Assembly (NCBI GenBank): GCA_013694495.1
Contig: JACDCH010000546.1
Span: 1 to 44,890 of the forward strand
Length of the DNA: 44,890 nucleotides
Source of the DNA: Acidimicrobiia bacterium
GTDB taxonomy: Bacteria > Actinomycetota > Acidimicrobiia > Acidimicrobiales > JACDCH01
Direction of reading: 5' to 3'
The stretch's first letter is position 1. Each line of letters starts with the position of its first letter. The position numbers were made by a program, and so were the translations under genes. Below are positions 23,484 through 32,688 of this stretch, piece after piece. The notes below the pieces were generated by a model that did not search any database, was not told the DNA's origin, and worked only from the letters and a program-made list of their open reading frames with translations.

Positions 23484-26400
23484 TCACCGCGCGCCGATTG
23501 AGCGGCCGAGGGAACGACCCCTCGTTGGCTCGATCACATCTCGCACGACAGCCGCGACCTGGTCGTGGCGATACCGGGCAAGAAGCTCCCTCGGACGGGA
23601 ACCGATCAGCTCGGCGATCGTGGTGGCGTGCTCCGGGACCACCTCGGCGGACTCGTCGAGGTAGAGACGGATGCTCTCGGCGGCTCGGTCCCAGCAGAGT
23701 CGCTCACGCTGAGCAGACGGTCGTGTTCCGAGGAGCTCGATGATGGCCAGAGGTGGGTCGGCGACGGCCTCGACGGCGAGAGTCAGCCGGCGAGAGGCCA
23801 AGGCCTGGTTCACCAGCTTCCTCTCGGCGAACTGTTCGGCGTGGTCGGCAGCGAACGCTTCGTGCTCGTGCTGCACCCCTTCGAGGCGCCCTACGCGCTG
23901 ATCGGCATGTGTGATCGCCTCGTCGATAGATGCGAGCGGCCTCAGGGCGGCGCGGCGCCGGCTGGGGCGCCAGGCGGCATGGGCCTCCGTCATTCGAGCG
24001 CGCCGGCCAGCCAGCATGGAGAGTCCTCGCCGGGCCTCTGTGAGTTGGTCCGCAACGGATGGCGGCTGCTTGCCGAGCACCGCGTCTAGCTCCCTGGCTC
24101 GCTCTCGCAGCTCCCGCAGCGTTTGACGTTGCGCGAGATGGGCGGCTTGGACAGCGAGTGGGTCGATCTCCGACGCGACGATCTGGTTTCCGCGGCGCGC
24201 GAGCGCCTCCGCGATGGGGCCAAGTCCGGTCTCGGGCACCTCCACGGCGTGGTCGCCAGTCTCGTCGTCGATCTCCCGGTCGCCCTCCACGATGTACAGA
24301 CTGGTTCGCTCGGCAGCTCGGGTGATGGCGACGTAGCCCTCTTCGAACCGGGAGACGTCGGTCGGGTGGTACCTGGCGCGATCGAGCGTCGCTCCTTGCA
24401 CGCCGTGCGTGGTTCGGGCGTAGGCGTGCTCGATGTGGCCAGCATCGAGGTACTCGGCGGGGATGGTGATCGGGCCCTCGTTCATGAACTCGACGACGAT
24501 CTCGCGTCGGCCGACCTTGATGGCGGCGACCCACCCGGTGCTCCCGTTCTTCACGAACTCCGACCGACCGCTTGCGTGGAGGGCGCGGTCGTTGCGGCGG
24601 GCGACGACCTCGTCACCAACCATGAACTCGCGGCCGTGGGCAATGAGGGGCTCGCCCATGAGCACCCCTTCGGCCTTGAGCAGCGTCCGGGCTCGGGTGT
24701 TGAGCGCTCGGCGGGCGGCGTTGGTGCCGGTGAGCATCGGCGCCGCAGAACCAGCGAGGCGGTCGGCCCACCAGTCCTGCACGAGGGCGTCGTACGTCTC
24801 GCGGGCAGTGGGCTGCCGGACGATCTTGCCGGCCAGGTCGTAGCGGTCGAGGGCCTCGTCGATGCGGCCCTCCCTGTAGTCGTCGATGGCCGCGCGCTCG
24901 ATCGGATCGATCTGGCGACGGTTGCCGACGAGCCGGACGAGCTCGGATCCCTTGCGAGCGGCCAGGGCCTTGAAGACGCCACCGGTGTCGACCGAGGCGT
25001 GCTGATCGGGGTCTCCGATCAGCTTGATGCAGCCGCCGACAGCATCGACATGGGAGGCGAGGCGAGCGAGGTCACGGGTACCCACCATCGATGCCTCGTC
25101 AAGCAGGAGGACGGTGCCGGATGCAAAGCGGTAGCCCCGCTGCTCAACGTCGATCAGCAAGCTGGCAATCGTTTGCGCCGACCGCCCCGTGTGGTGTCGG
25201 AAGCCGACGGCTGACTCCAGCTCTGCGGCGGCCGTGGCGCTGACCGCGCACCCGGCGACCGAGGTGCCCGACAAGGCGAAGGCATCGACGCAGGCGGAGG
25301 CGGCGTAGGTCTTGCCCGACCCCGGGCGGCCGACAATCGGTTGAATCGCCTCGGACGATGAGCAGACGGCGCGCACCATCGTCACCTGCTCGTCGGTGAG
25401 ATCGGGCCGCTGGGTCAGGACGAGGTCGATCGCCAAGTCCTTGGCGGCGAGGCCGGGGGCTCGGCGTTGCTCGGCCCACTGCAGGAGACGGGTTTCGATC
25501 TCGACGAGCTCTGGGGTGCTGAAGACCGCGGTACCGCCGGTGAGGATGCGGCGGTTGTCGAGCCCGATGACGACCTGGGAGTTGACTCCGGAGGTGGGGC
25601 CGGCGAGGAGCACAACCCGGTCGGAGGCGATGAACCGATCGGCGAGGCGTTCGACCTCCTCGGCGGGGGCTGCGGACCCGAGCTCGGCGGCGAGGCGCTG
25701 GACGACATCTCGGCGGGTAAAGGTCGAGGCTCGCTCGGTCAGCCCGTGCGCTCCGGCGAGGTGTTCGAAGGTGCGCTCGATGGCGCCGGATCGCTGCTGC
25801 ACGACGTGCGCCCGGTCGAAGCACGCCTCGATCGCGCGCTCGTCGAAGCCGAGGGCGGCGGCCCGTTCCCGCCAGGTGTTGGCCAGGGCGTCCGGGTCGA
25901 CGCTTCGGTCCTTCGCGTTCCGGGTGGCGAGGGTGGCGGCCTGGCGGGCCCGCGCGGAGGTGTAACCGGACTCGGCGAGCAGCTCCTCGATCTCGTCGCG
26001 GCGCTGGCTGAACTCGTCGATCACCCGCTGCGGGACGCCGTCGATGTCGGCGAGGCCGTGGACGATCGGTCCCCACTCGATGCCGAGCCGCTCGGTCAGC
26101 AAGTGGCGAAGGTGGGCTTGGTAGAGGTAGCCGCCGGAGAGGGCGTGGTGGAACAGGAGTCGGCCCTCGAGCGTGCGCCAGGCGTCGGCGACGGTGAGCG
26201 TGAGGTTGGCGACGACGACGTGAGTGTGCAGCAGGGGGTCGCCGGCCCGGCTGCTGCGGTGGTCGAAGGCAGCGGCGACGAGTCCGGCGGTCTGGATGCG
26301 CTCGCCCTTGGACCGGGCCATGGTCGCCTGGGCCTCGTAGTACCTGACGACCTCGTCGACGGCTTCGCGGTGGGCCTGGCGGATGGCGGCCCGCCGCTCG

Positions 26401-26918
26401 GGGTCGGCCAGCGCCCACAGGATGCTGACGCTCTTGGGTGGTCGGAGGGTGAGGTCGAAGCCGGGCCGGCGCTTCGACGGCTTGTGCGCCGTGGCGTAGG
26501 CGTTGACCTGTGCGCGCTGGACGCGCCACCCGATGCGCCGGGTCGTGTCCGACCGGGCCTTCTCACCCTCGAGGGCGCCGGTGGCGAGGAGGCGGCGGGT
26601 GAAGCGGGTGGAGACGTCTAGCTGGGCGGCGGCCTCCTTGACGGTGAGCCAGGCCCCTTCGGGCGCCTCGGAGACGGTCGGCGCCTTGGCCCGCGGGGCA
26701 GCTACCAGCTGCTCGGCCGTGAACGGGTGCTTGCCCTCGAGGAGCGCCCGGAAGTGGTCGGGGTCGACCTCGCCTTGCAGCCCCATCTCCTCGGCCAGCG
26801 AACCGACCCAGCGCCCGGGCGCCTCGCCGCGTCCGAGGTAGTAGGCCTCGGCCGACAGGGCGATCTCGCCGACGTAGTACTCGGCGCCGCCAGGCCGGAT
26901 TCGACCGATGTTCAGCAC
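23484..26918 (-). CDS. MOBF-family conjugative relaxase (TrwC/TraA type) with C-terminal RecD-like helicase
   Basis: Start re-called at GTG 26918 (VLNIGRIRPGGAEYYVGEIA) within ORF 23484..26966. Relaxase His-triad region: FDHRSSRAGDPLLHTHVVVAN. Helicase P-loop: GRPGSGKTYAASA. Also LLLDEASMV. Confidence 0.9.
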   Translation of the reverse strand: MLNIGRIRPGGAEYYVGEIALSAEAYYLGRGEAPGRWVGSLAEEMGLQGEVDPDHFRALLEGKHPFTAEQLVAAPRAKAPTVSEAPEGAWLTVKEAAAQLDVSTRFTRRLLATGALEGEKARSDTTRRIGWRVQRAQVNAYATAHKPSKRRPGFDLTLRPPKSVSILWALADPERRAAIRQAHREAVDEVVRYYEAQATMARSKGERIQTAGLVAAAFDHRSSRAGDPLLHTHVVVANLTLTVADAWRTLEGRLLFHHALSGGYLYQAHLRHLLTERLGIEWGPIVHGLADIDGVPQRVIDEFSQRRDEIEELLAESGYTSARARQAATLATRNAKDRSVDPDALANTWRERAAALGFDERAIEACFDRAHVVQQRSGAIERTFEHLAGAHGLTERASTFTRRDVVQRLAAELGSAAPAEEVERLADRFIASDRVVLLAGPTSGVNSQVVIGLDNRRILTGGTAVFSTPELVEIETRLLQWAEQRRAPGLAAKDLAIDLVLTQRPDLTDEQVTMVRAVCSSSEAIQPIVGRPGSGKTYAASACVDAFALSGTSVAGCAVSATAAAELESAVGFRHHTGRSAQTIASLLIDVEQRGYRFASGTVLLLDEASMVGTRDLARLASHVDAVGGCIKLIGDPDQHASVDTGGVFKALAARKGSELVRLVGNRRQIDPIERAAIDDYREGRIDEALDRYDLAGKIVRQPTARETYDALVQDWWADRLAGSAAPMLTGTNAARRALNTRARTLLKAEGVLMGEPLIAHGREFMVGDEVVARRNDRALHASGRSEFVKNGSTGWVAAIKVGRREIVVEFMNEGPITIPAEYLDAGHIEHAYARTTHGVQGATLDRARYHPTDVSRFEEGYVAITRAAERTSLYIVEGDREIDDETGDHAVEVPETGLGPIAEALARRGNQIVASEIDPLAVQAAHLAQRQTLRELRERARELDAVLGKQPPSVADQLTEARRGLSMLAGRRARMTEAHAAWRPSRRRAALRPLASIDEAITHADQRVGRLEGVQHEHEAFAADHAEQFAERKLVNQALASRRLTLAVEAVADPPLAIIELLGTRPSAQRERLCWDRAAESIRLYLDESAEVVPEHATTIAELIGSRPRELLARYRHDQVAAVVRDVIEPTRGRSLGRSIGAR

Positions 26919-26981
26919 GGGACGCCCCCAGGATCCCGCGGGGTCCGCCGCAGGCGGAACCTGCAAGTCTTTGAAGGCTTG

Positions 26982-27058
26982 ACGTGAGTGGGTCGCGTGG
27001 TGCGTGAGTGAGTCGAAGAGGACGGGTGCGGGCGACGCGGTGGTGAAGGCGTGAGGGC
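26982..27058. repeat. GTGAG-containing motifs upstream of the relaxase gene, inverted relative to the 27426-27612 array
   Basis: ACGTGAGTGG at 26982-26991 is the exact reverse complement of CCACTCACGT at 27520-27529. Also GCGTGAGTGAGTC at 27002-27014 and GCGTGAGGG at 27050-27058. Confidence 0.6.
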
Positions 27059-27107
27059 GTCGCGCAGTGGTCGGCGCGCGACGGCTCGAGAGGGTGACTG
27101 GCTGAGG

Positions 27108-27383
27108 TCAGGCATTGCTGGCCGGACGGTGCAGCTCGGTGACGGTGGCGGGCCGGGCGACGAGCTCGTCGAGTGCCCACCTCGGGATGACGATGCGCCT
27201 GACGTGCAGCCGCAGGGCATAGAGCTGCCCCTGGTCAATCATGTTGCGGACGGTCCCGGGCGAGATCTTGAGCCGGTCGGCGACCTCGGCGACGGTGTAG
27301 ACGATCGGCGCCTCAGCCGCCGCTCTGCGGCGGGGCTGGGCGTCCGGGACGGGCTTCAGCGGCCCGCAGCGGCGTCGTTCCAC
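27108..27383 (-). CDS. excisionase-family HTH DNA-binding protein (91 aa)
   Basis: GTG 27383 is preceded by GAAGGAGGA, within ORF 27108..27590. YTVAEVADRLKISPGTVRNMIDQGQLYALRL is an Xis/MerR-type HTH. Confidence 0.65.
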   Translation of the reverse strand: MERRRCGPLKPVPDAQPRRRAAAEAPIVYTVAEVADRLKISPGTVRNMIDQGQLYALRLHVRRIVIPRWALDELVARPATVTELHRPASNA

Positions 27384-27425
27384 GGGTCCTCCTTCGGGTG
27401 GCAGACGACCACCGTGCGGGATGGC

Positions 27426-27612
27426 ACTCACCCGAGCGCTCACGTTTGGGCTCACCCTCGCGAGATTTCTCAGAATTTCTAGGGAGTGAGCCCCTCCCCA
27501 CTCACGCGCGCTCACGTTTCCACTCACGTTCTCCGGGATTCCGAGGGGTGAGCCCGACTTGGGCTCACGCTCACTCACGTATTGGCTCACCCGCGCTCAC
27601 GTTTGGTCTCAC
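27426..27612. repeat. dense field of (G/A)CTCAC(G) direct repeats, including three copies of GCGCTCACGTTT
   Basis: About 13 same-strand CTCAC hexamers plus 2 inverted GTGAGC in 187 bp. GCGCTCACGTTTGGGCTCAC at 27436-27455, GCGCTCACGTTTCCACTCAC at 27508-27527 and GCGCTCACGTTTGGTCTCAC at 27593-27612. The field lies in the divergent spacer between 27383 (-) and 27710 (+). Confidence 0.8.
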
Positions 27613-27709
27613 GCACGCCGCGATCCCGCCCCTGGAGCCCGGTGAGGCCTTGGTTGCGCTTATTTCGATTTGCTCGTACCGTACGGGTAGACCGACCGGG
27701 AGCGAAGCG

Positions 27710-28150
27710 ATGGCAAGACCGACCGAAGCAGCGACGATCACCGCGCATCCGAACGAGGCGGCGGAACTCCAATCGCTTGCTACCCATCTCGACGGTGACG
27801 GCGGGGCCGTCGCGTTGAAGGACGCGCTTGGCCACGAAGTCGAGCTGCCGCGTTCGGTGGCGAGGGCGCTCTCCGGGCTGGTCCGCGAGCTTGCCGCCGG
27901 GAACTCGGTGACCGTGGTTCCCACGCAGGCGGAGCTGACCACCCAGCAGGCGGCCGACCTTCTCAACCTGTCGCGGCCTTACTTGGTCCGGCTCCTCGAC
28001 GCGAACCAGATCGCTTCGTCGAAGGTCGGCACGCATCGGCGTGTCCGGCTTGGCGACGTCCTTGAGTACAAGACCCGGCGAGACGAGCACCGCGAGGCCG
28101 TGCTCGCCAGGATGGGCGAACGGGTCGAGGCATCGGGCCTCGAGTACTGA
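27710..28150 (+). CDS. excisionase-family HTH protein of the type II antitoxin-like kind (146 aa), no toxin partner
   Basis: Internal ATG of ORF 27398..28150. TTQQAADLLNLSRPYLVRLLDANQIASSKVGTHRRVRLGDVLEY is the HTH commonly found upstream of PIN toxins. What follows here is an integrase fragment. Confidence 0.6.
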   Translation: MARPTEAATITAHPNEAAELQSLATHLDGDGGAVALKDALGHEVELPRSVARALSGLVRELAAGNSVTVVPTQAELTTQQAADLLNLSRPYLVRLLDANQIASSKVGTHRRVRLGDVLEYKTRRDEHREAVLARMGERVEASGLEY

Positions 28151-28178
28151 CCCGGATTGCCTCTGCCAGACGGCCGGC

Positions 28179-28385
28179 ATGAAGGCGAGACTCCACGACC
28201 TCCGTCACCTCCAGGCCTCGCTCCTCCTCGACGCTGGCGAAGCGGTGACAACAATGACCGCCCGGCTCGGCCACCGAGACACCTCGACGACGCTGAGGGT
28301 CTACGGCCACCTCATGCCGGGCGCCGACACAAGAGCGGCCGAGATCGTCGGGTCGGCCTTCCGCCGGACTACGAGTGACGACTGA
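28179..28385 (+). pseudogene. C-terminal remnant (about 68 codons) of a tyrosine recombinase
   Basis: MKARLHDLRHLQASLLLDAGEAVTTMTARLGHRDTSTTLRVYGHLMP carries the HxxR, GH and Y catalytic-box residues. The whole N-terminal and core-binding region is missing. It aligns with the C-terminus of the 7896..9053 integrase. Confidence 0.75.
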
Positions 28386-28387
28386 GG

Positions 28388-29656
28388 TCAGGAAGAGGAA
28401 TCCCGATGATCGGGCCCCCTGATGACCCGGTGCCGGACGATGTCGAGGGTGGCCAGCTCCTGCTCAACTGGATAGCCCCGATCGAGAACCGACGCAGCGA
28501 ACCACCCAATCAGCGGATCATCGGCGAGCGCGCGCAGGCCGACCATCGCAGGCCCGTCAGGATCAAACGGCGGCCGGGGTGGGTGAGGCCAGGCACCGAC
28601 GTCGATGACCTCCGCAGCCGGCGCGGCTTGGAGCACTCGGCGGGCGATGCGCACGCCTCCCAGGTCGGCGTCGACGATCGCGACGACTCGCGTGCCTGTC
28701 GACGCCAGCAGCTCGAGGAGGCACGCTGCGTCGTCGCCGAACTGGCCGGCGGTGTACACGACCGGCAACGCCGGATGGCGCGCGCAGACGACCTCGGCCG
28801 GTTGCAGGTTCTCGATCACGACGACCGTGCACTCCGTGGTTGAGATGCCGAGGTGCGGCTGGTCGAGCCGGAGGGCAACCGGGCCTCGGATCGGTGCGAG
28901 GTCGACCGAACCGTCCGTGGTCGTCACGACGATCGGCCCGCCGAGGCCGATGCGGTCGCCTCGTCGGAGGCCGAGCTGCTCGAGCACGGCGGCGGGGACG
29001 TTCGCCGCTGTGAGGACGGCTGCGACGTCATGTGCCTTGGTCCCATCGAAGTGCGCCTGCGCAAACGCGCGTGGACCGGCATGATCGATGCCCGCCAACA
29101 GATCGCCGGCCGCCGCAGTGATCACCGCAATGGCCACGGGCGACCTGGCGCTTCGCAGCGCCGAGGCGACCTCGGGGAAGTTGGCGGCGAGTGCCGTGGC
29201 GAGTGACTCCCGCTCGGCGTCGCGCTGCTGCTCCGACTCGATGGTGCGGGCGCGCGCCGTCGACACAGCGACGGCAGCCTCCTCGGTGGGTTGCCACCAG
29301 CGAGGGCCACCGAGGATGCCGCGGCTGTCGACGCCGCAGGCCAAATGGACCACACGGCCGCGCACAAGGGACAACGCGACCTCGAAGGCCTCGTCGCCGT
29401 AGCGGCCGACGACCGTCGACCACCGCCGTCGTCCGGCGCCGAGCGCAAAGAGCCGGTCGGCCTCGACAACTGGGCCTGCCGGATGGTTCGGGTCGTGCAC
29501 CAGCACGACCTCGTTGGTCTTTCGACGCTGCCGACGATCTCTGACTTCGACGAGCTCCCCGTCGCGTTCGACGACCTCGACCAAGGGGACGACGCGACAC
29601 CCGAGCGGAACGCCACCCACCAGGGCGGATGCGCCGTTGGGATCCCAGTGCCTCAC
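28388..29656 (-). CDS. jetD: JetD/MksG-like Toprim nuclease subunit
   Basis: C-terminal Toprim-like layout: TVVVIENLQPAE ... VVYTAGQFGDDAA ... VVAIVDADLGGVRIARRVL. GTGA overlap with the upstream SMC-like gene. Confidence 0.75.
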   Translation of the reverse strand: MRHWDPNGASALVGGVPLGCRVVPLVEVVERDGELVEVRDRRQRRKTNEVVLVHDPNHPAGPVVEADRLFALGAGRRRWSTVVGRYGDEAFEVALSLVRGRVVHLACGVDSRGILGGPRWWQPTEEAAVAVSTARARTIESEQQRDAERESLATALAANFPEVASALRSARSPVAIAVITAAAGDLLAGIDHAGPRAFAQAHFDGTKAHDVAAVLTAANVPAAVLEQLGLRRGDRIGLGGPIVVTTTDGSVDLAPIRGPVALRLDQPHLGISTTECTVVVIENLQPAEVVCARHPALPVVYTAGQFGDDAACLLELLASTGTRVVAIVDADLGGVRIARRVLQAAPAAEVIDVGAWPHPPRPPFDPDGPAMVGLRALADDPLIGWFAASVLDRGYPVEQELATLDIVRHRVIRGPDHRDSSS

Positions 29657-32600
29657 AGCAGACGACCGGACTCCACCGCCGCGCGCGTCAGCTCAACTCG
29701 GCGGCCGTCAGGGTCGAAGCCCCAAACACGCGTCGGACGGCAGAGCGGCGACGCATCCGAGAGCCGCTCGAACCATAGGAGGAGGCGGGCGGCGCCGAGG
29801 GCGGCGACCTCCTCAAGGACCTTGTCCTGACAGGCAGCGATCACGGTGACGCCGTGGATGTCGGCGACGTGCGCGAAGGCCGACAACACCTGGCGGAGGT
29901 GCTCGCGGCCAAAGTCATTGCCGGCCTCATCGACGATGAGAACTCGACCGGCGGGGTCTTGGGCGGCGAGCAGCGCGGCGAGGACCAGGTGCGTGCGGTG
30001 CTGCTTCTGCATGGCCGAGTTGGCCTGTCGCGTGTATGGCAGCCACTTGGCACCCTGACCGCGGCGCCATTCCGGGGTGACCTCCCAAACCCAGAGGTCG
30101 GTCGGCAGCTCCGGCCGAAGCGAGCGCCAACCGAGCTGCGCGCCGTAACCACCGGCAGCGGCATCGAGTTCGGCGTAGCGCGCGCTGACGTGACCGAGTG
30201 CGGCTTCGATCTGCTGCTCGACCATGTCGCGGTGCCGATCGAGCAGGTCGCCCTGCGTGCCGCACTCCTTGCGGGCGGCACCGATGAGCTCGTCCCACCG
30301 CTCCCGTTCGGCTTCGACGTCCTCGCGAAAGGTGGCGTCGTGGTCGCCCTGTTCGTCGAGCCAGTCGACGAGCGGCTGGGCGACTGTGTCGAACCTGCGG
30401 ACCTCGTTGGTGGAAGGCACGTCGTCGTCGAGCCCACGCCGGGCGCGGATGACCCCTGCGATCGCTGAGGTCGGTGCGCCGAACCCGGAATTCGAATCGA
30501 TGCCGACACGCTCGAGCGCGATGCTGAGCTGTTCGGCGGCCCGCTTCCGGAGCGTGTCCTCCTGGCGGTCGTCGCTCGCGAGCGCGACCCCCGCGGCCTC
30601 GTCGGTGTCGGCCCAAGCACTGCGCCACCCATCGGCGTCGAGGCGCGCGATCGAGGCCCTGGTCGTGTCCATCTCGCGTGCAATGCGCTCCACCTCGTCT
30701 TGAGCGACCCCGAGATCACCCTCGAGACGGTCTCGGGCCTGCGCTGAGGTGTCGTACTGCACTCGAGCGTCGACCAGCTCCGTGTTTGCCATGCGTCGGT
30801 CCGCGTCCGCCTCGGCCAGCGCCCGCCTTCCCGTTGCAAGCTCCCGGGCACGCTCGGACTCCTGCCTGCTCAGGATCTCGAGCTCTGCGGCGGAGCGAAG
30901 CCGCTCGGCGGCGTCGATCGCCAGCTCGTGGGCTTGGAACGCTCGTTCGTGCTTCCCAAGCGTCTCGGCCTGCGCGTGTTCGACCTGTTCCAGCTCGGCG
31001 CGCGCTCGGTCGATTGCGGCGTCTCGGCCGCACAACTCGTGCTCGAACCCGCCGGCCACGACAACGCCAGCGGCGGCGTCGACGTAGGGCACCTCCGACC
31101 GCCCGAGGAGGGTGCGCAGGAACCGGGCGGTTCCGGCAGGTGCCTCAGTCACACCGTCGGGTCGTTGCTCCGTCGAGTCGGGCTCGACGATGACGAGGAC
31201 CGTGCCGGGCGGAGCGGAGGCGATGGCTCGATCGCGATGCTCGACAGGGATGACGAACGCGCCTCGCCACGGGGCGAGCAGCGGCTCCCACAGGGGACGT
31301 GCTGCCTCGTCGAGCACGATGCCGTCGATGAGCGACGTCGCGTTGACCTGCGCCGAGTCGAGCGCGGCGTGCGCTTGGGGGTCGGCCTCGCCGTGTTTCA
31401 TGATCGCCGCGAGGGTTGACTGCGCGCGATGGACATAGGTCTCGGCAGCACCAAGCGCGCGGATCGCTAGATCGAGCGCGTCCGCTGCGTCGGTCGCTCG
31501 AGACTCCGCATCTTCGAGGGTGACCCCGGCTGGGGCGGCGATCGCCTTCGTCGTGAGCGATGTGATCCGCTCCGCCAGCTGGTCGAGTTGGACGCCGCGT
31601 CGGACGACGTCCTCGTTTGCAGCCGTGTACCGCTGCTCGGCCTCCTCGTGAGCGCGCTGCGCCGATTCGACCAACCCTTCGAGCGTCGGGGCGTCGGGGA
31701 GGTCCGCCAGGCGAGCTGCGATGTCGCGGACAGCGGTACTGGCGGCGTTCTGGCTGGACGACAGGTCGAGGATGTGCGCGTCGAGCCGCTCCTGCTCCGA
31801 CACGGCGTCGAGGAGCTTGCGGGCGATGCGGAGCCGCCAGAGCCGCTTGCCTTCGGCGATGGCGTCCCGCGCGCTGTCGCGAGCGTCGATCTCCCCGAGG
31901 GTGGCCGCCCACTCCCGCTCGCGGCGTTCATGCTCGTCGATGCGGGTGGCGAGCCGCTGCTGCGCGTCGGCGAGCTTCGACCGCAGCTCTCGCTCGCCGT
32001 CGATGAGGTGCTCCAGCCCGAGGAGCACGATCAGCTCACTCCCGATGCGTGACGGGCTCAGCCGGGCCTGGAGCTGCATCAGTGAAGTGTCGGTGTCTCG
32101 GTTGCCCCGGCTGGTGACGTAGGCAAGGCATCGTCCGGTCCCGCCGTAGAGCTGCTCCACGAAGGAGGTCGGGCCGATCTGGTGTTCGCGGCCAAGTTCG
32201 TTCCACATCGTGGCCGCCTGGTCGCGCTCGGCGACGAGGTGGACACCGGGCGCCCACCGGGCGGTGAGCCGGGGCGTGTCGTCGGAGGAGATCCGCACCC
32301 AGACGGTCAGCTCGTCGTAGTTCCCGTCGGCCGTGACGTGGGCGAAGACGCCGGCGACATAGCCGACCCGAGCCGGGTCGTAGAGGCCGGCGGCGTCGCC
32401 AGAGAGGTCGGGGTCGAAGAGCAGGCCGAGCGCGTCGGCGCCGCCGGTGGTCGCCACCCGCCATTCGGGGTCGCCGAGCAGAAGCGACACTGAGGCCAGG
32501 AAGGTCGTCTTGCCACTCCCGTTGGAGTCCCGGTCGGGACCGGTGCCTGACACGGCAACCAGCGCCGAGGGCACGAGCGGCACCGGGTGGTGGGTGAGCC

Positions 32601-32688
32601 GCCCGAGTTCGATGGTCTGCACGGCAATCAGCTGGCGGCGACCAACGATGCCAGCGGCGGGCGCGCCGAACAGGGTGGGCTCATTCAT
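29653..32688 (-). CDS. jetC: JetC/MksB-like SMC-family ABC ATPase
   Basis: N-terminal P-loop SNGSGKTTFLASVSLLLGDPEW. About 600 aa of Ala/Glu/Arg-rich coiled coil. C-terminal Walker B RVLIVDEAGNDFG. Confidence 0.85.
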   Translation of the reverse strand: MNEPTLFGAPAAGIVGRRQLIAVQTIELGRLTHHPVPLVPSALVAVSGTGPDRDSNGSGKTTFLASVSLLLGDPEWRVATTGGADALGLLFDPDLSGDAAGLYDPARVGYVAGVFAHVTADGNYDELTVWVRISSDDTPRLTARWAPGVHLVAERDQAATMWNELGREHQIGPTSFVEQLYGGTGRCLAYVTSRGNRDTDTSLMQLQARLSPSRIGSELIVLLGLEHLIDGERELRSKLADAQQRLATRIDEHERREREWAATLGEIDARDSARDAIAEGKRLWRLRIARKLLDAVSEQERLDAHILDLSSSQNAASTAVRDIAARLADLPDAPTLEGLVESAQRAHEEAEQRYTAANEDVVRRGVQLDQLAERITSLTTKAIAAPAGVTLEDAESRATDAADALDLAIRALGAAETYVHRAQSTLAAIMKHGEADPQAHAALDSAQVNATSLIDGIVLDEAARPLWEPLLAPWRGAFVIPVEHRDRAIASAPPGTVLVIVEPDSTEQRPDGVTEAPAGTARFLRTLLGRSEVPYVDAAAGVVVAGGFEHELCGRDAAIDRARAELEQVEHAQAETLGKHERAFQAHELAIDAAERLRSAAELEILSRQESERARELATGRRALAEADADRRMANTELVDARVQYDTSAQARDRLEGDLGVAQDEVERIAREMDTTRASIARLDADGWRSAWADTDEAAGVALASDDRQEDTLRKRAAEQLSIALERVGIDSNSGFGAPTSAIAGVIRARRGLDDDVPSTNEVRRFDTVAQPLVDWLDEQGDHDATFREDVEAERERWDELIGAARKECGTQGDLLDRHRDMVEQQIEAALGHVSARYAELDAAAGGYGAQLGWRSLRPELPTDLWVWEVTPEWRRGQGAKWLPYTRQANSAMQKQHRTHLVLAALLAAQDPAGRVLIVDEAGNDFGREHLRQVLSAFAHVADIHGVTVIAACQDKVLEEVAALGAARLLLWFERLSDASPLCRPTRVWGFDPDGRRVELTRAAVESGRLL

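Noticed and set aside
27426-27612. Possibility that the CTCAC repeat field is a CRISPR array
   Set aside because: The units are 6-20 bp, irregularly spaced and partly overlapping, with no 25-40 bp repeat/spacer periodicity. There are no cas genes in the window.
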